NCBI GenBank assembly: GCA_951406725.2
Contig: OX597831.1
Coordinates: 70,680,001 to 70,744,000 of the forward strand
Source: Octopus vulgaris
Lineage: Eukaryota
Direction: 5' to 3'
Length of the DNA: 64,000 nucleotides
Both the position numbers and the translations under genes were made by a program. Shown here piece by piece: positions 1 to 11,110 of the stretch. The notes beneath the pieces were generated by a model. The model did no database searches. It worked only from the letters and a program-made list of their open reading frames with translations, and was not told where the DNA came from. Within the stretch, counting starts at the first letter, position 1, and every line of letters starts with the position of its first letter.

Positions 1-509
1 AGAACACTAGATTTTCCTTGTATACTTCTTTCTTATTTATATATATTCTTGATCAATGATTCTCAAACTTATTTTGTTATATTATATCTATTGGTATTCC
101 CAAAGATCACGGAACCCATCTATGATATTCTGAAATATTTTAGAACTTATATCTACATTTTCTGACAACTCTTGCTTTCCTGATTTTAGAAAGATATTAG
201 ACGAAAGAAAAATTTTTCTTGGAAAACTACTATTTTCTTAAAAAGCATACAACTTTCTATTTTGAGAATAATGAATACTATTATCTTATCAAATCAATTT
301 CTTAATGAAATTTTATTAAAATTTTGGCACAGAATTTTGGGTTTCTTTGGCACCCACTTTCAGAGACACTGGTCTTAATCATTCACATTTCCTAGACACA
401 ATAACCATCTCAAACAGAGGCTGTTCACTCATTTGGCTGAGATAAATGATGTGTCTAAATCCTATTAACAAGGCTACGAAAAACAATATTTTCTACAAGA
501 AAACCAAGC

Positions 510-923
510 AGGCGCAGGAGTGGCTGTGTGGTAAGTAGCTTGTCTACCAACCGCATGGTTCCAGTTTCAGTCCCACTGCGTGGCACGTTGGGCAAGTGTC
601 TTCTGCTATAGCCCCAGGCCGACCAAAGCCTTGTGAATGGATTTGGTAGACGGAAACTGAAAGAAGCCCGTCGTATATATGTATATATATATATATATAT
701 GCGTGTGTGTGTTTGTGTGTCTGTGTTTGTCCCCCTAGCATTGCTTGACAACCGATGCTGGTGTGTTTATGTCCCCGTTACATAGCGGTTCGGCAAAAAG
801 AGACTGATAGAATAAGTACTGGGCTTACAAAAGAATAAGTCCCGGGGTCAAGTTGCTCGATTAAAGGCGGTGCTCCAGCATGGCCGCAGTCAAATGACTG
901 AAACAAGTAAAAGAGTAAAGAGT
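510..923 (+). mobile_element. SINE family A (tRNA-derived, ~410 bp, internal (TA)n(TG)n); possibly the abundant octopus SINE Twhan
   Basis: Head AGGCGCAGGAGTGGCTGTGTGG (A box), degenerate B box, core TTGGGCAAGTGTCTTC, tail GAAACAAGTAAAAGAGTAAA; over 20 homologous copies in the window. Family name unverified. Confidence 0.9.
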
Positions 924-2611
924 AATACTTTTTCATCAACATTGATAAATTGATTTATTTTTGTGGGGTGTAACTGTATTTATTTAGGCCAATGTCATAT
1001 CGTTTTCATTATGTTTGATATCAAAACAGATAAACTTATGTTGTTCTTTTAAATATGAAATAGATATTTTTTTTTATTTCTTATTATATGATGTTATTTA
1101 TGTGATTCTGTTATTGTTCTGATCCCCATTATTACATTCTATTGTATATTTTTGCATCATGTTATATCATTTTATGGTGCTGTATTGCCATAATGCATGT
1201 TAGGTATCTTATATGTGTATTATTGTAATATTCAGTTTAACAATACATGTTATCCAATTTAATCTGATATGTTGCCATTCTACGCATGCTTTCCATCTTA
1301 ATGTCAAAAGTATATCCAAGTTGTAAATGGGATTGTAACTTCAATAACAACAAATAATGTTGTCTTTAGAAATATGGCAATAAATATTTCAAGTGTGGGA
1401 AGAGAGAGGGAGACATTTAGCATTCATGACGACCCTAATGGCATCTGAAGAAGTGAAACCATGTTAGATATATTTAGGAATCACTCTTACTTGAAACTTG
1501 CTCATTGCTCTAACACAAAAATTACTTTGCATAGCTTGGGTAAGAGCGAAAAATCAGAACTTACTGTATCTCCTCCCCTTTAAAATAGTGTTATTTGTAT
1601 GTCCACTGAAAAGTATGCATAAATGAGGAAACGTGTTTCAATGAAATATTTAAGCTACTTCGTTATATGAAGCAGAGAACAAAATACAGGGAATAAAGTA
1701 ATGTCTACATGTGTATTTACCTCCAAATTGTCCTCAAATTACACCTACCAGCTTCCCCCGCAAAAGAAAACAAAGAGAGAGAATGGACAGATTAGCTAGT
1801 GTGGTCTGACTTCTTCACAGCTGGAATATCTTTAGCTCCATAGACAGAGCTGACCTGGTTTTAAACAAAATATAACAACAGCCAAACATATTTTGAATTA
1901 ACAATATTCCACATATGGCTTCTACTAAAATTCCAATAAAATTTCACAGTCCAAACTAAAATGAGAGAATTAGGAAGAACATGAGAAAATAAGATATATC
2001 AAAATAAATGTTAAAACATAAAAAATATTCATACACCCCCCACAAGGTAAAACACAGCATAAATCAAAACAAATTAAAATCTAGAATAAACTTGTATAAA
2101 CGAAGTATTAAAAATAAAATTTAAAAAATAGATGATATTTTGGATAGACATTATGATTAGCATATTAATAATTATTGATTTTGCCACAAGACAACGATTT
2201 AGGTATTACGTGGCTGTCTTGGTCATTGCAGCTGTTAGTTTGCAGAAATTTTTAGCCACAAACAGTGGAATTGATTGTCATTATTTGTTCATGACTGTAG
2301 AGTTAAAACAAATCAAGATGGTTTAAAATTGATAGTTAAATAATGAGTTACTCACTTTTATGCTTCCTTTTTTTATCATTAAGAAATTATCATCATCATC
2401 GTCGTCATCGTCATCATCATCATCATCAATATAATTTAGTTTTATTTTCGTCAATTCTACCTTTTGTCTGTTGATTGTCATTGCTCACTGAGTTAAATAA
2501 AACTGTCTCAGAAGAAATATATACATATATATATACATGAATATATAAATAAATGAATATATAAATCAATAAATTTAGTAAATAGTCAGTTTGGTGTGTT
2601 TATATATATAT

Positions 2612-2887
2612 ATCATCATCATCATCATCATCATCGTTTAATGTCCGTTTTCTGTGCTACCACAAGTTGGACGGTTCGACCAGGGTCTGGGAAGCCAGGG
2701 GAGGCACCAGGCTCCAGTCTGATCTGGCAGTGTTTCTACAGCTGGATGCCCTTCCTAACGCCAACCACTCCGTGAGTGTAGTGGGTGCTTTTTACGTGCC
2801 AGGGGAGTCTGGCATCGGCCACGATCGGTTGGTATTTTTAACATGTCACTGGCACGGAAGCCAGTCAAGACGGCACTGGCATCGGCC
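2612..2887 (-). mobile_element. RTE-LINE 3' end or derived short element with (ATG)n tail
   Basis: (CAT)n-CGTTTAATGTCCG...CAGCTGGATGCCCTTCCTAACGCCAACC is shared with the 3' UTR attached to RTE coding sequence at 51340-52400. Confidence 0.75.
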
Positions 2888-3844
2888 ATATATATATATA
2901 TGTATATATCCCTTTTTAGCAGTATGTAGCTGCATGTGTATATATGTGTGTATAAGTGTAAAGTTTATAGCAATATATATTTATGAATATAGGAAGGTAG
3001 ATATATAGTTATACATACTCTTCACAACCACATAGTTTGATGTTCGGCCCCCACTGTATGGCACTTGGGCTTTTTTCTTTACTGTTACTCAGTATGATAA
3101 ACAGAAGCTGAAAGAAACTCCTCATATATAAGTGAAGAATGGAGTTACTGGCATTATATTTATTCTATGGTTTACAATCATTTCTATAACATATGGGTGA
3201 CAAATCAAATACCATGCATAAAGATATGAATGAGAATACTGATATAGTTGTATCATTTATATAAAGCCTATTATGTAACGATCTCCTTGTGGTCATTTAG
3301 CCACAACTGAATAAACAAATACTGGATATTTCACTTATAAAGGAAAATTATGGTAATCTCATGAAAAGTTGTCTCCAAGTTCTAGACGAAGAAAGGGCTA
3401 ATAATGGAATTTCGGCAAGAAACAAATTGGAATGATTAACTGTATTCTTCAATGTCACTGGTGCCATTCATCAGTTAACCAAAGTGTTTACATGTTTCTC
3501 TGCCTGGCTTACAAATCTGGGTAATTTTGGCAACCGGCTCTGAGTTAATGCTTCAGGTGATGGGAGTGGGATGAAGGGTTCACCCATCAAAAGTTGAGGT
3601 TTGCTAATGATAAGGATAGAGAAGATGTGTGACCTGGAGAGGGAATTGAAGAGCATACTCTCACACACAGTACATTGGCACCATAGACAAAAAGGGGTTA
3701 TACATGCCATATACATATACATGCCATATACATATATTCCTATATATACAGAAAGATATATCAACTGACTCACAACTCATGTTAGCCATGTGTGTGTGGG
3801 TGTGTGTGTGTATGTGTGTATGTAGATATATATATATATATATT

Positions 3845-4130
3845 TGAGGAAGCCTTGTCTCCCTTCCAAAGCAAGACACCTTTTTTGCCTCAATACTGCT
3901 CCCCCAGCTGTAGGGTCTCGTTCTGCAAGTTACTTGGTGAACCTCATTGATGCTGGTGCCATGTAAAAAGCACCAAGTACACATTAGATGAGAACATCCA
4001 GCTGTAGAAACCATGCCAAAACAGACATCAGAGACCAGTCAGTCTTCTGACTTGTGAATTCCTGTCAAACTCTCCATGCCTACTTGGAAAATGGATATTA
4101 AATAATGATGATGATGATGATGATGGTGAT
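3845..4130 (+). mobile_element. Decayed RTE 3'-end-derived repeat
   Basis: CATCCAGCTGTAGAAACC...GGAAAATGGATATTAAA-(TGA)n, the reverse complement of the family at 2612. Confidence 0.6.
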
Positions 4131-4144
4131 TATATACATATAGA

Positions 4145-4469
4145 ACTTTGGAAAACTGTTTACAACCTATATCTGCCTTTAATGGAATTATCTCCAATAT
4201 TTCATGAGTATAACCTCACCCACTAAGATGTCTGGAGAACTCATATGTATTTTAGCTGATGAGTACGGGACACTTTTATATGCTGCAATTTTTGCAACTT
4301 GTAATAAAGCCTGTCTTTGTATGAAACAATTGTACTAAAAACTAATCCATTCTTGTTGCTTCTTTCTCGTGTATATACCTTCCTGCTTCCATCTTTCCTG
4401 AGCGCCTATTAATAATAATACTGTAATTGTTCCACGTGTTGTTGTTTTTTCTGTTTTCCCGTTTGGATT

Positions 4470-4474
<5 letters not shown>
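4145..4474 (+). mobile_element. PLE pLTR-like terminus inserted at (TA)n
   Basis: Hammerhead motif, TTTCCTGAGCG and GTTTGGATTAA end abutting (TA)n; last ~90 bp homologous to 63375-63464; 5' boundary uncertain. Confidence 0.6.
4250..4340 (+). ncRNA. Type I hammerhead ribozyme motif (PLE/retrozyme-type minimal stem III)
   Basis: Stem I TTTTAG 4250-55 with CTAAAA 4335-40; CTGATGA 4256-62; stem II GTACGGGACA/TGTCTTTGTAT (G-U rich, one bulge); GAAA 4323-26; C-AATT-G palindromic stem III; GTA cleavage triplet 4332-34. Confidence 0.7.
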
Positions 4475-4534
<60 letters not shown>

Positions 4535-4535
4535 T

Positions 4536-4598
<63 letters not shown>

Positions 4599-4670
4599 TA
4601 GGTAGATAAATAGGTAGATAGACAGACAGACAGATAGACAGACAGACAAATAGATATATAGACAGACATA
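4475..4670. repeat. Compound microsatellite (TA)n(TAGA)n(CAGA)n
   Basis: Read directly from the sequence. Confidence 0.95.
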
Positions 4671-5192
4671 TGTATATAAATGGAAATAGATATTCAGAAA
4701 ATCAAACAGAGCTCCCAGTAAGCACTCTACATGGTTCCAGCTATCAGATAACATATTAGTTAAGTTTAGGATGTAATTTAATGACAATGTTATTCTAGAA
4801 ATCCAGGAAGCAAAAGTTGTGGAGTGTATAATGGTTAATGCATTGCAAGAGAAATATGGGGTAAAAATATATTTATTCCATATGTTTACATCTGTTTCGT
4901 AATCCATATTCAGTTACATCATCAATACCAATTATAAGTTGCATATCATTTTTATAGACATACATGTAAGTTTGCACACATAATCATATGATAGCATAAT
5001 GAAGTACTGAACAGAACTGCTCTTCAGAACATTTTATGGGCATTGAATATCTAACTCTGTTGTATGAAGTTGGGTCAGCCCAATTTATATAGTATTGCTA
5101 GAAAAGGGGAAATTTTCTCGTATACAACATAGCTTCTTAAATCTAGATTTCAGAAGCGCCCAGTTTACTGAGAACATATCATCACAAATGTT

Positions 5193-5601
5193 ACTCTTTT
5201 ACTCTTTTACTTGTTTCAGTCATTTGACTGCAGCCATGCTGGAGCACCGCCTTTAGTCGAGCAAATCAACCCCGGGATTTATTCTTTGTAAGCCCAGTAC
5301 TTATTCTATCGGTCTCTTTTGCCGAACCGCTAAGTGACGGGGACGTAAACACACCAGCATCGGTTGTCAAGCAATACTAGGGGGACAAACACAGACACAC
5401 AAACACACACGCACATACATATATATTTACATATATACGACAGGCTTCTTTCAGTTTCCGTCTACCAAATCCACTCACAAGGCATTGGTTGGCCCAGGGC
5501 TATAGCAGAAGACACTTGCCCAAGGTGCCACGCAGTGGGACTGAACCCGGAACCATGTGGTTGGTTAGCAAGCTACTTACCACACAGCCACTCCTGCGCC
5601 T
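5193..5601 (-). mobile_element. SINE family A
   Basis: Full-length reverse-complement copy. Confidence 0.9.
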
Positions 5602-5695
5602 ATATGTTACAATATGAAAATTTAAAAATAAAGATTATAAATAAAAGTAACAATGACAAAACCAATAAAAAACATTAATATATTGTATATATGTA

Positions 5696-5910
5696 AGGCA
5701 ATGGGCAAACAGAATTGTTAGTATGCTGGGCAAAATGCTTATCAGCATTTTGTCTGTCTTTACATTCTGAGTTCAAATTCCACCGAGGTCGACTTTGTCT
5801 TCCATCCTTTCAGGGTCAATAAAAAGGCATTAGTTAAGCACTTGGGTCAGTGTATTCAACTTTTCCCCTCTCTTAAACTTACTGGCCATGTGCCAAAATT
5901 TGAAACCAAT
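5696..5910 (+). mobile_element. SINE family B (Meta-core-like), decayed
   Basis: GAGTTCAAATTCC B box and GTCGACTTTGTCTTCCATCCTTTCAGGGTCAATAAA core. Confidence 0.75.
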
Positions 5911-6294
5911 GGAAGCACTCCATCGGTTACGACGACGAGGTTTCCGGTTGATCCGAATCAACGGGACAGCCTGCTCGTGAAATGAACGTGTAAGTGGCTG
6001 AGCACTCCACAGACACGTGTACCCTTAACGTAGTTCTCGGGGATATTCAGCGTGACACAGAGAGTGACATGGCCGGCCCTTTGAAATACAGGTACAACAG
6101 AAACAGGAAGTAAGAATGAGAGAAAGTTGTGGTGAAAGAGTACAGCAGGGATCGCCACCATCCCTGCCAGAGCCTCGTGGAGCTTTAGGTGTTTGCGCTC
6201 AATAAACACTCACAACGCCCGGTCTGGGAATCGAAACCACGATCCTATGACCGCGAGTCTGCTGCCCTAACCACTGGGCCATTGCGCCTCCACA
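5911..6294 (-). mobile_element. SINE family C (tRNA-headed), full length, tail type 1
   Basis: Minus-strand head GGAGGCGCAATGGCCCAGTGGTTAGGGCAGCAGACTCGCGG...GTTTCGATTCCC; TSD TTGAAACCAAT at 5900-5910 and 6295-6305. Confidence 0.85.
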
Positions 6295-6717
6295 TTGAAA
6301 CCAATATATTGTATGGGCGTGTGTGTATGTGTGTGTGTATTTACATTTGCATTTAATGAAAATCACATGCATATGCAGTGTTGCTGTGTATACTTGTCCT
6401 GTCAACAAGTTATCTACTGATAGCATATATTCACCAACACAGATGTGTGTGTGTGTATGTTGTGTGTGTATGTGTGTGTGTGTGTGTGAATATATTTATA
6501 TACTTGTGTGTGTGTGTATATGCCTATGCCTGTATTAGTCATACGTTGTTTTGTTTTTTTTCAGAATCCACAGTTCATTATTTTCACTGGGGCTGTAGGT
6601 TCTAATCCAACAATATGAACTTTGTTTTAGTATCAAAATAAGAATATACTGTGTTATATTCTTTGTTAAATCTTTACCAAACATTGTTGTACAGGAGCAG
6701 CAAAAAATATTATACAT

Positions 6718-6889
6718 AGGCGCAGGAGTGGCTGTGTGGTAAGTAGCTTGCTAACCAACCACATGGTTGCGGGTTCAGTCCCACTGCGTGGCATCTTGGG
6801 CAAGTGCCTTCTGCTATAGCCCCGGGCCGACCAATGCCTTGTGAGTGAATTTGGCAGACGGAAACTGAAAGAAGCCTGTCGTATATATG

Positions 6890-6928
<39 letters not shown>

Positions 6929-7147
6929 ATGTGTGTTTGTGTGTCTGTGTTTGTCCCCCTAGCATTGCTTGACAACCGATGCTGGTGTGTTTACGTCCCC
7001 GTCACTTAGCGGTTCAGCAAAAGAGACCGATAGAATAAGTACTGGGCTTACAAAGAATAAGTCCCAGGGTCGATTTGCTCGACTAAAGGTGGTGCTCCAG
7101 CATGGCTGCAGTCAAATGACTGAAACAAGTAAAAGAGTAAAAGAGTA
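6718..7147 (+). mobile_element. SINE family A
   Basis: Full-length copy with GGTTCAGTCCC B box. Confidence 0.9.
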
Positions 7148-7453
7148 TAGGTTTATGTCTTGTATTTTGTAATATGGTTAATATTGTTTGCTTTTTAATA
7201 TAAAATCAAAAATAATAGATAGCAATTCTCAAGGTAGACAAGGTGATATGCATATAGCAACTAATATAGCTTTCAGAAATGATATCTTCGAACACTGTAT
7301 ATTTATTATTACCTGTGTGGAATTTTATTTCATTTAAAGAACCAATGTTTCAGAAAAGATACAATTTCAAATGAAATTATTTATTTCTTCAGCCATTTAA
7401 TTGTTTTTCATAATAGTTAAGAAATTTCAAATGGTACTGCTGCTGTTGCATCC

Positions 7454-7454
<1 letters not shown>

Positions 7455-7484
<30 letters not shown>

Positions 7485-7833
7485 CTTCTTCTTCTTCTTC
7501 TTCTTCTTCTTCTTCTTCTTCTTCTTCTTCTTCTTCTTCTTCTTCTTCTTCTTCTTCTTCTTCTTCTTCTTCTTCTTCTTCTTCTTCTTCTTCTTCTTCT
7601 TCTTCTTCTTCTTCTTCTTCTTCTTCTTCTTCTCTTCTTCATCTCCTCTTTCTTCTTCTTTTTCTTCTTCGTCTTCTTCTTCTTCTTCTCCTTTTTCTTC
7701 TTCTTCTTTTTCTTCTTCTTCTTCTTCTTTTTCTTCTTCTTCTTCTTCTTCTTCTTCTTCTTCTTCTTCTTCTTCTTCTTCTTCTTCTTCCTTCGTAGTA
7801 GTTGTAGTAATAGTAGTAATAGTAGTAGTAGTG

Positions 7834-7884
<51 letters not shown>
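7455..7884. repeat. (CTT)n ~340 bp followed by (GTA)n ~90 bp
   Basis: Read directly; pure CTT to ~7632, then degenerate to ~7794. Confidence 0.97.
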
Positions 7885-7889
7885 TATTT

Positions 7890-8389
7890 CATTGCAGAGT
7901 ATGGATTTAAAATACTGACTTTTGGTGTTTTCTTCCTTCCTCTTAAAAATCAATCTTTAACAAAAGGCTCTAAATAGAAAGTTCTTTCCTTAGATTATTG
8001 ACTGCTTCAAGTTGAGGGAATATTCGAAGCAAATGCATGCCTTGCTTTGCTGTTCAGTCATTTGAGTAAAAATGATGGCATTTTAGCAATTTAACCTACT
8101 GCTCCAGTGATAATTGGTATAACTTACACTTTTGCAGTTGAACATACCTAGATTCTTGATATTTCTACTTGAAAGTAGCATAGTTTAAGAAACTTTTCTG
8201 CATTTTTATCTGCAATGTTTTTGTTCAAAGCAATTTCAACATCTATAATTGAAATGTTAATTTTGTTGTTATAACGACACTTAATCTGCAGAGTTCAATT
8301 GTTTTCTCTATCTGGATATCAAAATCCCAGAGAATTTTGATTTCTAAGTTCACTTAGAGCCTTTTCTACTCCATAATTATATCACCAGG
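7890..8389 (-). pseudogene. R4/Dong-like non-LTR retrotransposon, restriction-like endonuclease relic
   Basis: Minus-strand frames give EIKILWDFDIQIEKTIE, IIDVEIA..NIADKNAEKFLK and VIPIITGAVG, matching the KILWDF..QTD..I..RRPD..IIDVAIP..VIPIVIGALG pattern. Confidence 0.7.
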
Positions 8390-8724
8390 TGTGTGTGTGT
8401 GACTGTGTGTGTATGTGTGTGTGTGTGTGAATATATTTATATACTTATGTGTGTGTATATACCTATGCCTATATTATTCATATATGTTTTTTTCAGAACC
8501 CACAGTTCAATATTTTCACTGGGGTTGTAGATTCTAATCCAACTATACCAGTGTTGTATCCATATTTTTACAAAGTAACCAGTGTAAATTAAGATGAACC
8601 TTATCATGATAATTCTTGTACTTCTTCTGAGGTACTTCTTGTACTTCTTTCATAGCTTGCTACAATATACTGAATGTTTTCCTCTTGCTGGTTACAGAGG
8701 TAGATATATCTATTTTTTCCTATC

Positions 8725-9070
8725 TTTACTTGCTTCAGTCATTAGACAGCAGCCATACTGGAGCCCCGCCTTGATGAATTTTTAGTTAAATGAATCTACT
8801 AGCTGTACTTATAATACTTTTTTAAAACCTATTATTTATTCTGTCAGTCCCATTTGCTGAATCACTAAGTTATGGGGATGTAAGCACACCAACACTAGTT
8901 GTCAAGCAGTAGTAGGGGACAAACTCATATACAAATACACACACATACACACACATGACAGGCTTCTTTCAGTTTCCATCTACCAAATCCACTAACAAAG
9001 CTTTGTACTGCCTGAGATTATAGTAGAAGACACTCACCCAAGGTGCCAGACATTGGAACTGAACCTGAGG
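8725..9070 (-). mobile_element. SINE family A, old diverged copy
   Basis: GGCTTCTTTCAGTTTCCATCTACCAAATCCACT and AGTAGAAGACACT motifs. Confidence 0.75.
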
Positions 9071-9334
9071 CAAATAAATTCACTTGCCAATTGAATTAGT
9101 GTTTAGAACTTGATCTGCAGCAGCTACAAAAAAGCTCTAAGTTTTTCTCTTTAAATTTCCATTCTAGAACCCCTCCAAAGATGAGCCATGACCTTTTATA
9201 TCATTGGTTGGTATCTCTGTGATACCATCTATATCACTTTATTTCCTTTATCACTTTTCTTTCACAAGCTATTCTGATTTTCTATGTTTTCTTTTCCTTA
9301 CATTCAACACAAGTCATTATTGCTGTTGCTGTTG

Positions 9335-9653
9335 TTGTTGTTGTTGTTGAGCGAACGGTCTTCATCCCAGAGCTCACAAGATAGGAGAAGTCTGGATCGT
9401 GGTCCTTTGCTATTCGTAAGACCCGCAGAAGAGAAAGCAGGTCAACCCCTGACACCAAGAGCATCGACGGATGGATGAATGCGCATCCAGGCTCAGCGGT
9501 TGCGTAGGAAGTCGAGGAAAAGAACAAGAAGAAAGAGTGAGAGAAAGTTGGGGGCGAAAGAGTACAACAGGGGTCGCCCCCACCCCCTGCCGGAGCCTCG
9601 TGGAGCTTTAGGTGTTTTCGCTCACTAAATACACACAACGCCCAGTCTGGAAA
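9335..9653 (-). mobile_element. SINE family C, 5'-truncated, tail type 2 with (CAA)n end
   Basis: 9540-9650 aligns to 6118-6230; 3' half differs; flanked by a TGCTGTTGCTGTTG direct repeat. Confidence 0.8.
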
Positions 9654-9699
9654 TGCTGTTGCTGTTGAGTGGTGGTGTCAGAAGAGGAAATAGTGGTAG

Positions 9700-9780
9700 T
9701 GGCAGCAGCAGCACTCACAGTAGCAGCAGCAGCACTCACAGTAGCAGCAGCAGCACTCACAGTAGCAGCAGCAGTAACAG
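9700..9780. repeat. 21-bp minisatellite (AGTAGCAGCAGCAGCACTCAC) x~3.5
   Basis: Read directly from the sequence. Confidence 0.9.
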
Positions 9781-9819
9781 TGGTGACATCGTTGCTGTTA
9801 TTTGTAACTTAAACAGTTA

Positions 9820-11110
9820 AGGTACTTTCCAAGAATATTCATATTATTTTGATTCTGTTTTTCTTCTGCAATGAGATGATAGTTCATATAATAATTCTAA
9901 CGCATCAGTTGCTTTAAATTTCTCCTTTGAGTCAAAACTAAAGTTTATAATCAAATGTTATAAACTTTCTTTCGTATGCCAAGCATTTTGTTCAGAAATA
10001 TCAATCTGAATTTATGTCCAGCCCCAAATTGCATATAATTTGGACAATTTCAATTTTTGCTGTCCATATGATTTAAATTTTTTATTAGATTTATTGGGTT
10101 AAATGCAGACATAATGTCTGAAATCAGACATATCTGACAACTCTGCTCAAAGATATCATCACTCATTCATTTACAGAATGAAATGCATTTGTTTCACAGA
10201 TGAAATAGACAGGTTCTGGCAAAAATGCAAGAAAATAAATACGTCTGTAAAGCAACATGTTCGTTAATATTTGTGGCATTCTAACTTTTTTGAATGAAAA
10301 TTGTGTTGCTTCAATAATTTTTGATAGTTTCACTTAACTTTTCAACACATTTCTGAATGCATTTGACATTTATTCATGTTTTGCATTTAGTAAGTTTCTT
10401 TACTTGTGGCTATTTCGTTTTTCTTTCTGGATTCTTTTTCTGGTGGTGATTGTGAAGAACGTGTGTGTTTGGTGGTACTATTTTTATGAAAACCAATCCA
10501 ATGAAGAAGTTAAAATCACATATGTTATTCATTAAGACTAGGCTGTCTGAATATGTTTTGAGAGCCTTGATTATTTATGAAATCAAGCAATACCATTAAG
10601 ATATTAAGTAATTAATCTATGATAGGTTTTAATTCTCCGTATCTCCAAGATAACCCTGTTACACTTTGAGATTTAGTCTCCATTGACTATAATGCATTCA
10701 AAGATGGCATATCATTTGGTCTAACCTCCAGAGACTTGAAGAGGCTCTGAGTAGTCTCGGACCTATTGCAGGGTGGTTCGGCACTTATTGTCATCTCTAG
10801 GAAAGCAAGATATATCCATAAAGGTAGACGTAGATGGCTAGCAGAAGACACTCATTTATTTTTGCTGTCAAACATCTATGAACACTGTTTATATCTTCCG
10901 TGTCATCAAGACATTTTTCAACGGTTTTGTAGAGTTTCAGCTCTTGCTTTCCGAGTTCAGTTTTAACCAATTCATAGAAAACACTAAGGCACTTCATTCA
11001 TAAGGTTTTATTTTCTTTGGTGATAAATCTGAGTCGTGTTGCAACTTGCTCATTTCTGCTGACATCTAACATTTCATGAATAATGATGGAATACTTTAAA
11101 CTCTTTTTCA
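9820..11110 (-). pseudogene. hAT transposase relic (ZMYM1/THAP12-like)
   Basis: Minus strand near 11110-10860 reads KYSIIIHEMLDVSRNEQVATRLRF, resembling the hAT FSIIADETTDVS..EQL..LRF motif; the rest is heavily disrupted and the extent is approximate. Confidence 0.55.

Noticed and set aside
455-751. Recurrent ORFs MSSNARGTNTDTQT.. and MLGGQTQTHKH.. that look like a multigene family
   Set aside because: Antisense translations of SINE A whose frame changes with microsatellite length
1440-1470. CTGAAGA..GAAACCATGTTA hammerhead-like string
   Set aside because: No stem II and no convincing stem I
4680-4907. Non-repetitive 75-codon part of ORF 4335-4907 (-)
   Set aside because: No recognisable domain or splice signals, and it runs into a microsatellite; consistent with chance
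6215-6292. tRNA-like sequence on the minus strand
   Set aside because: It is the head of SINE family C and continues into the SINE body, which has a TSD; not a tRNA gene
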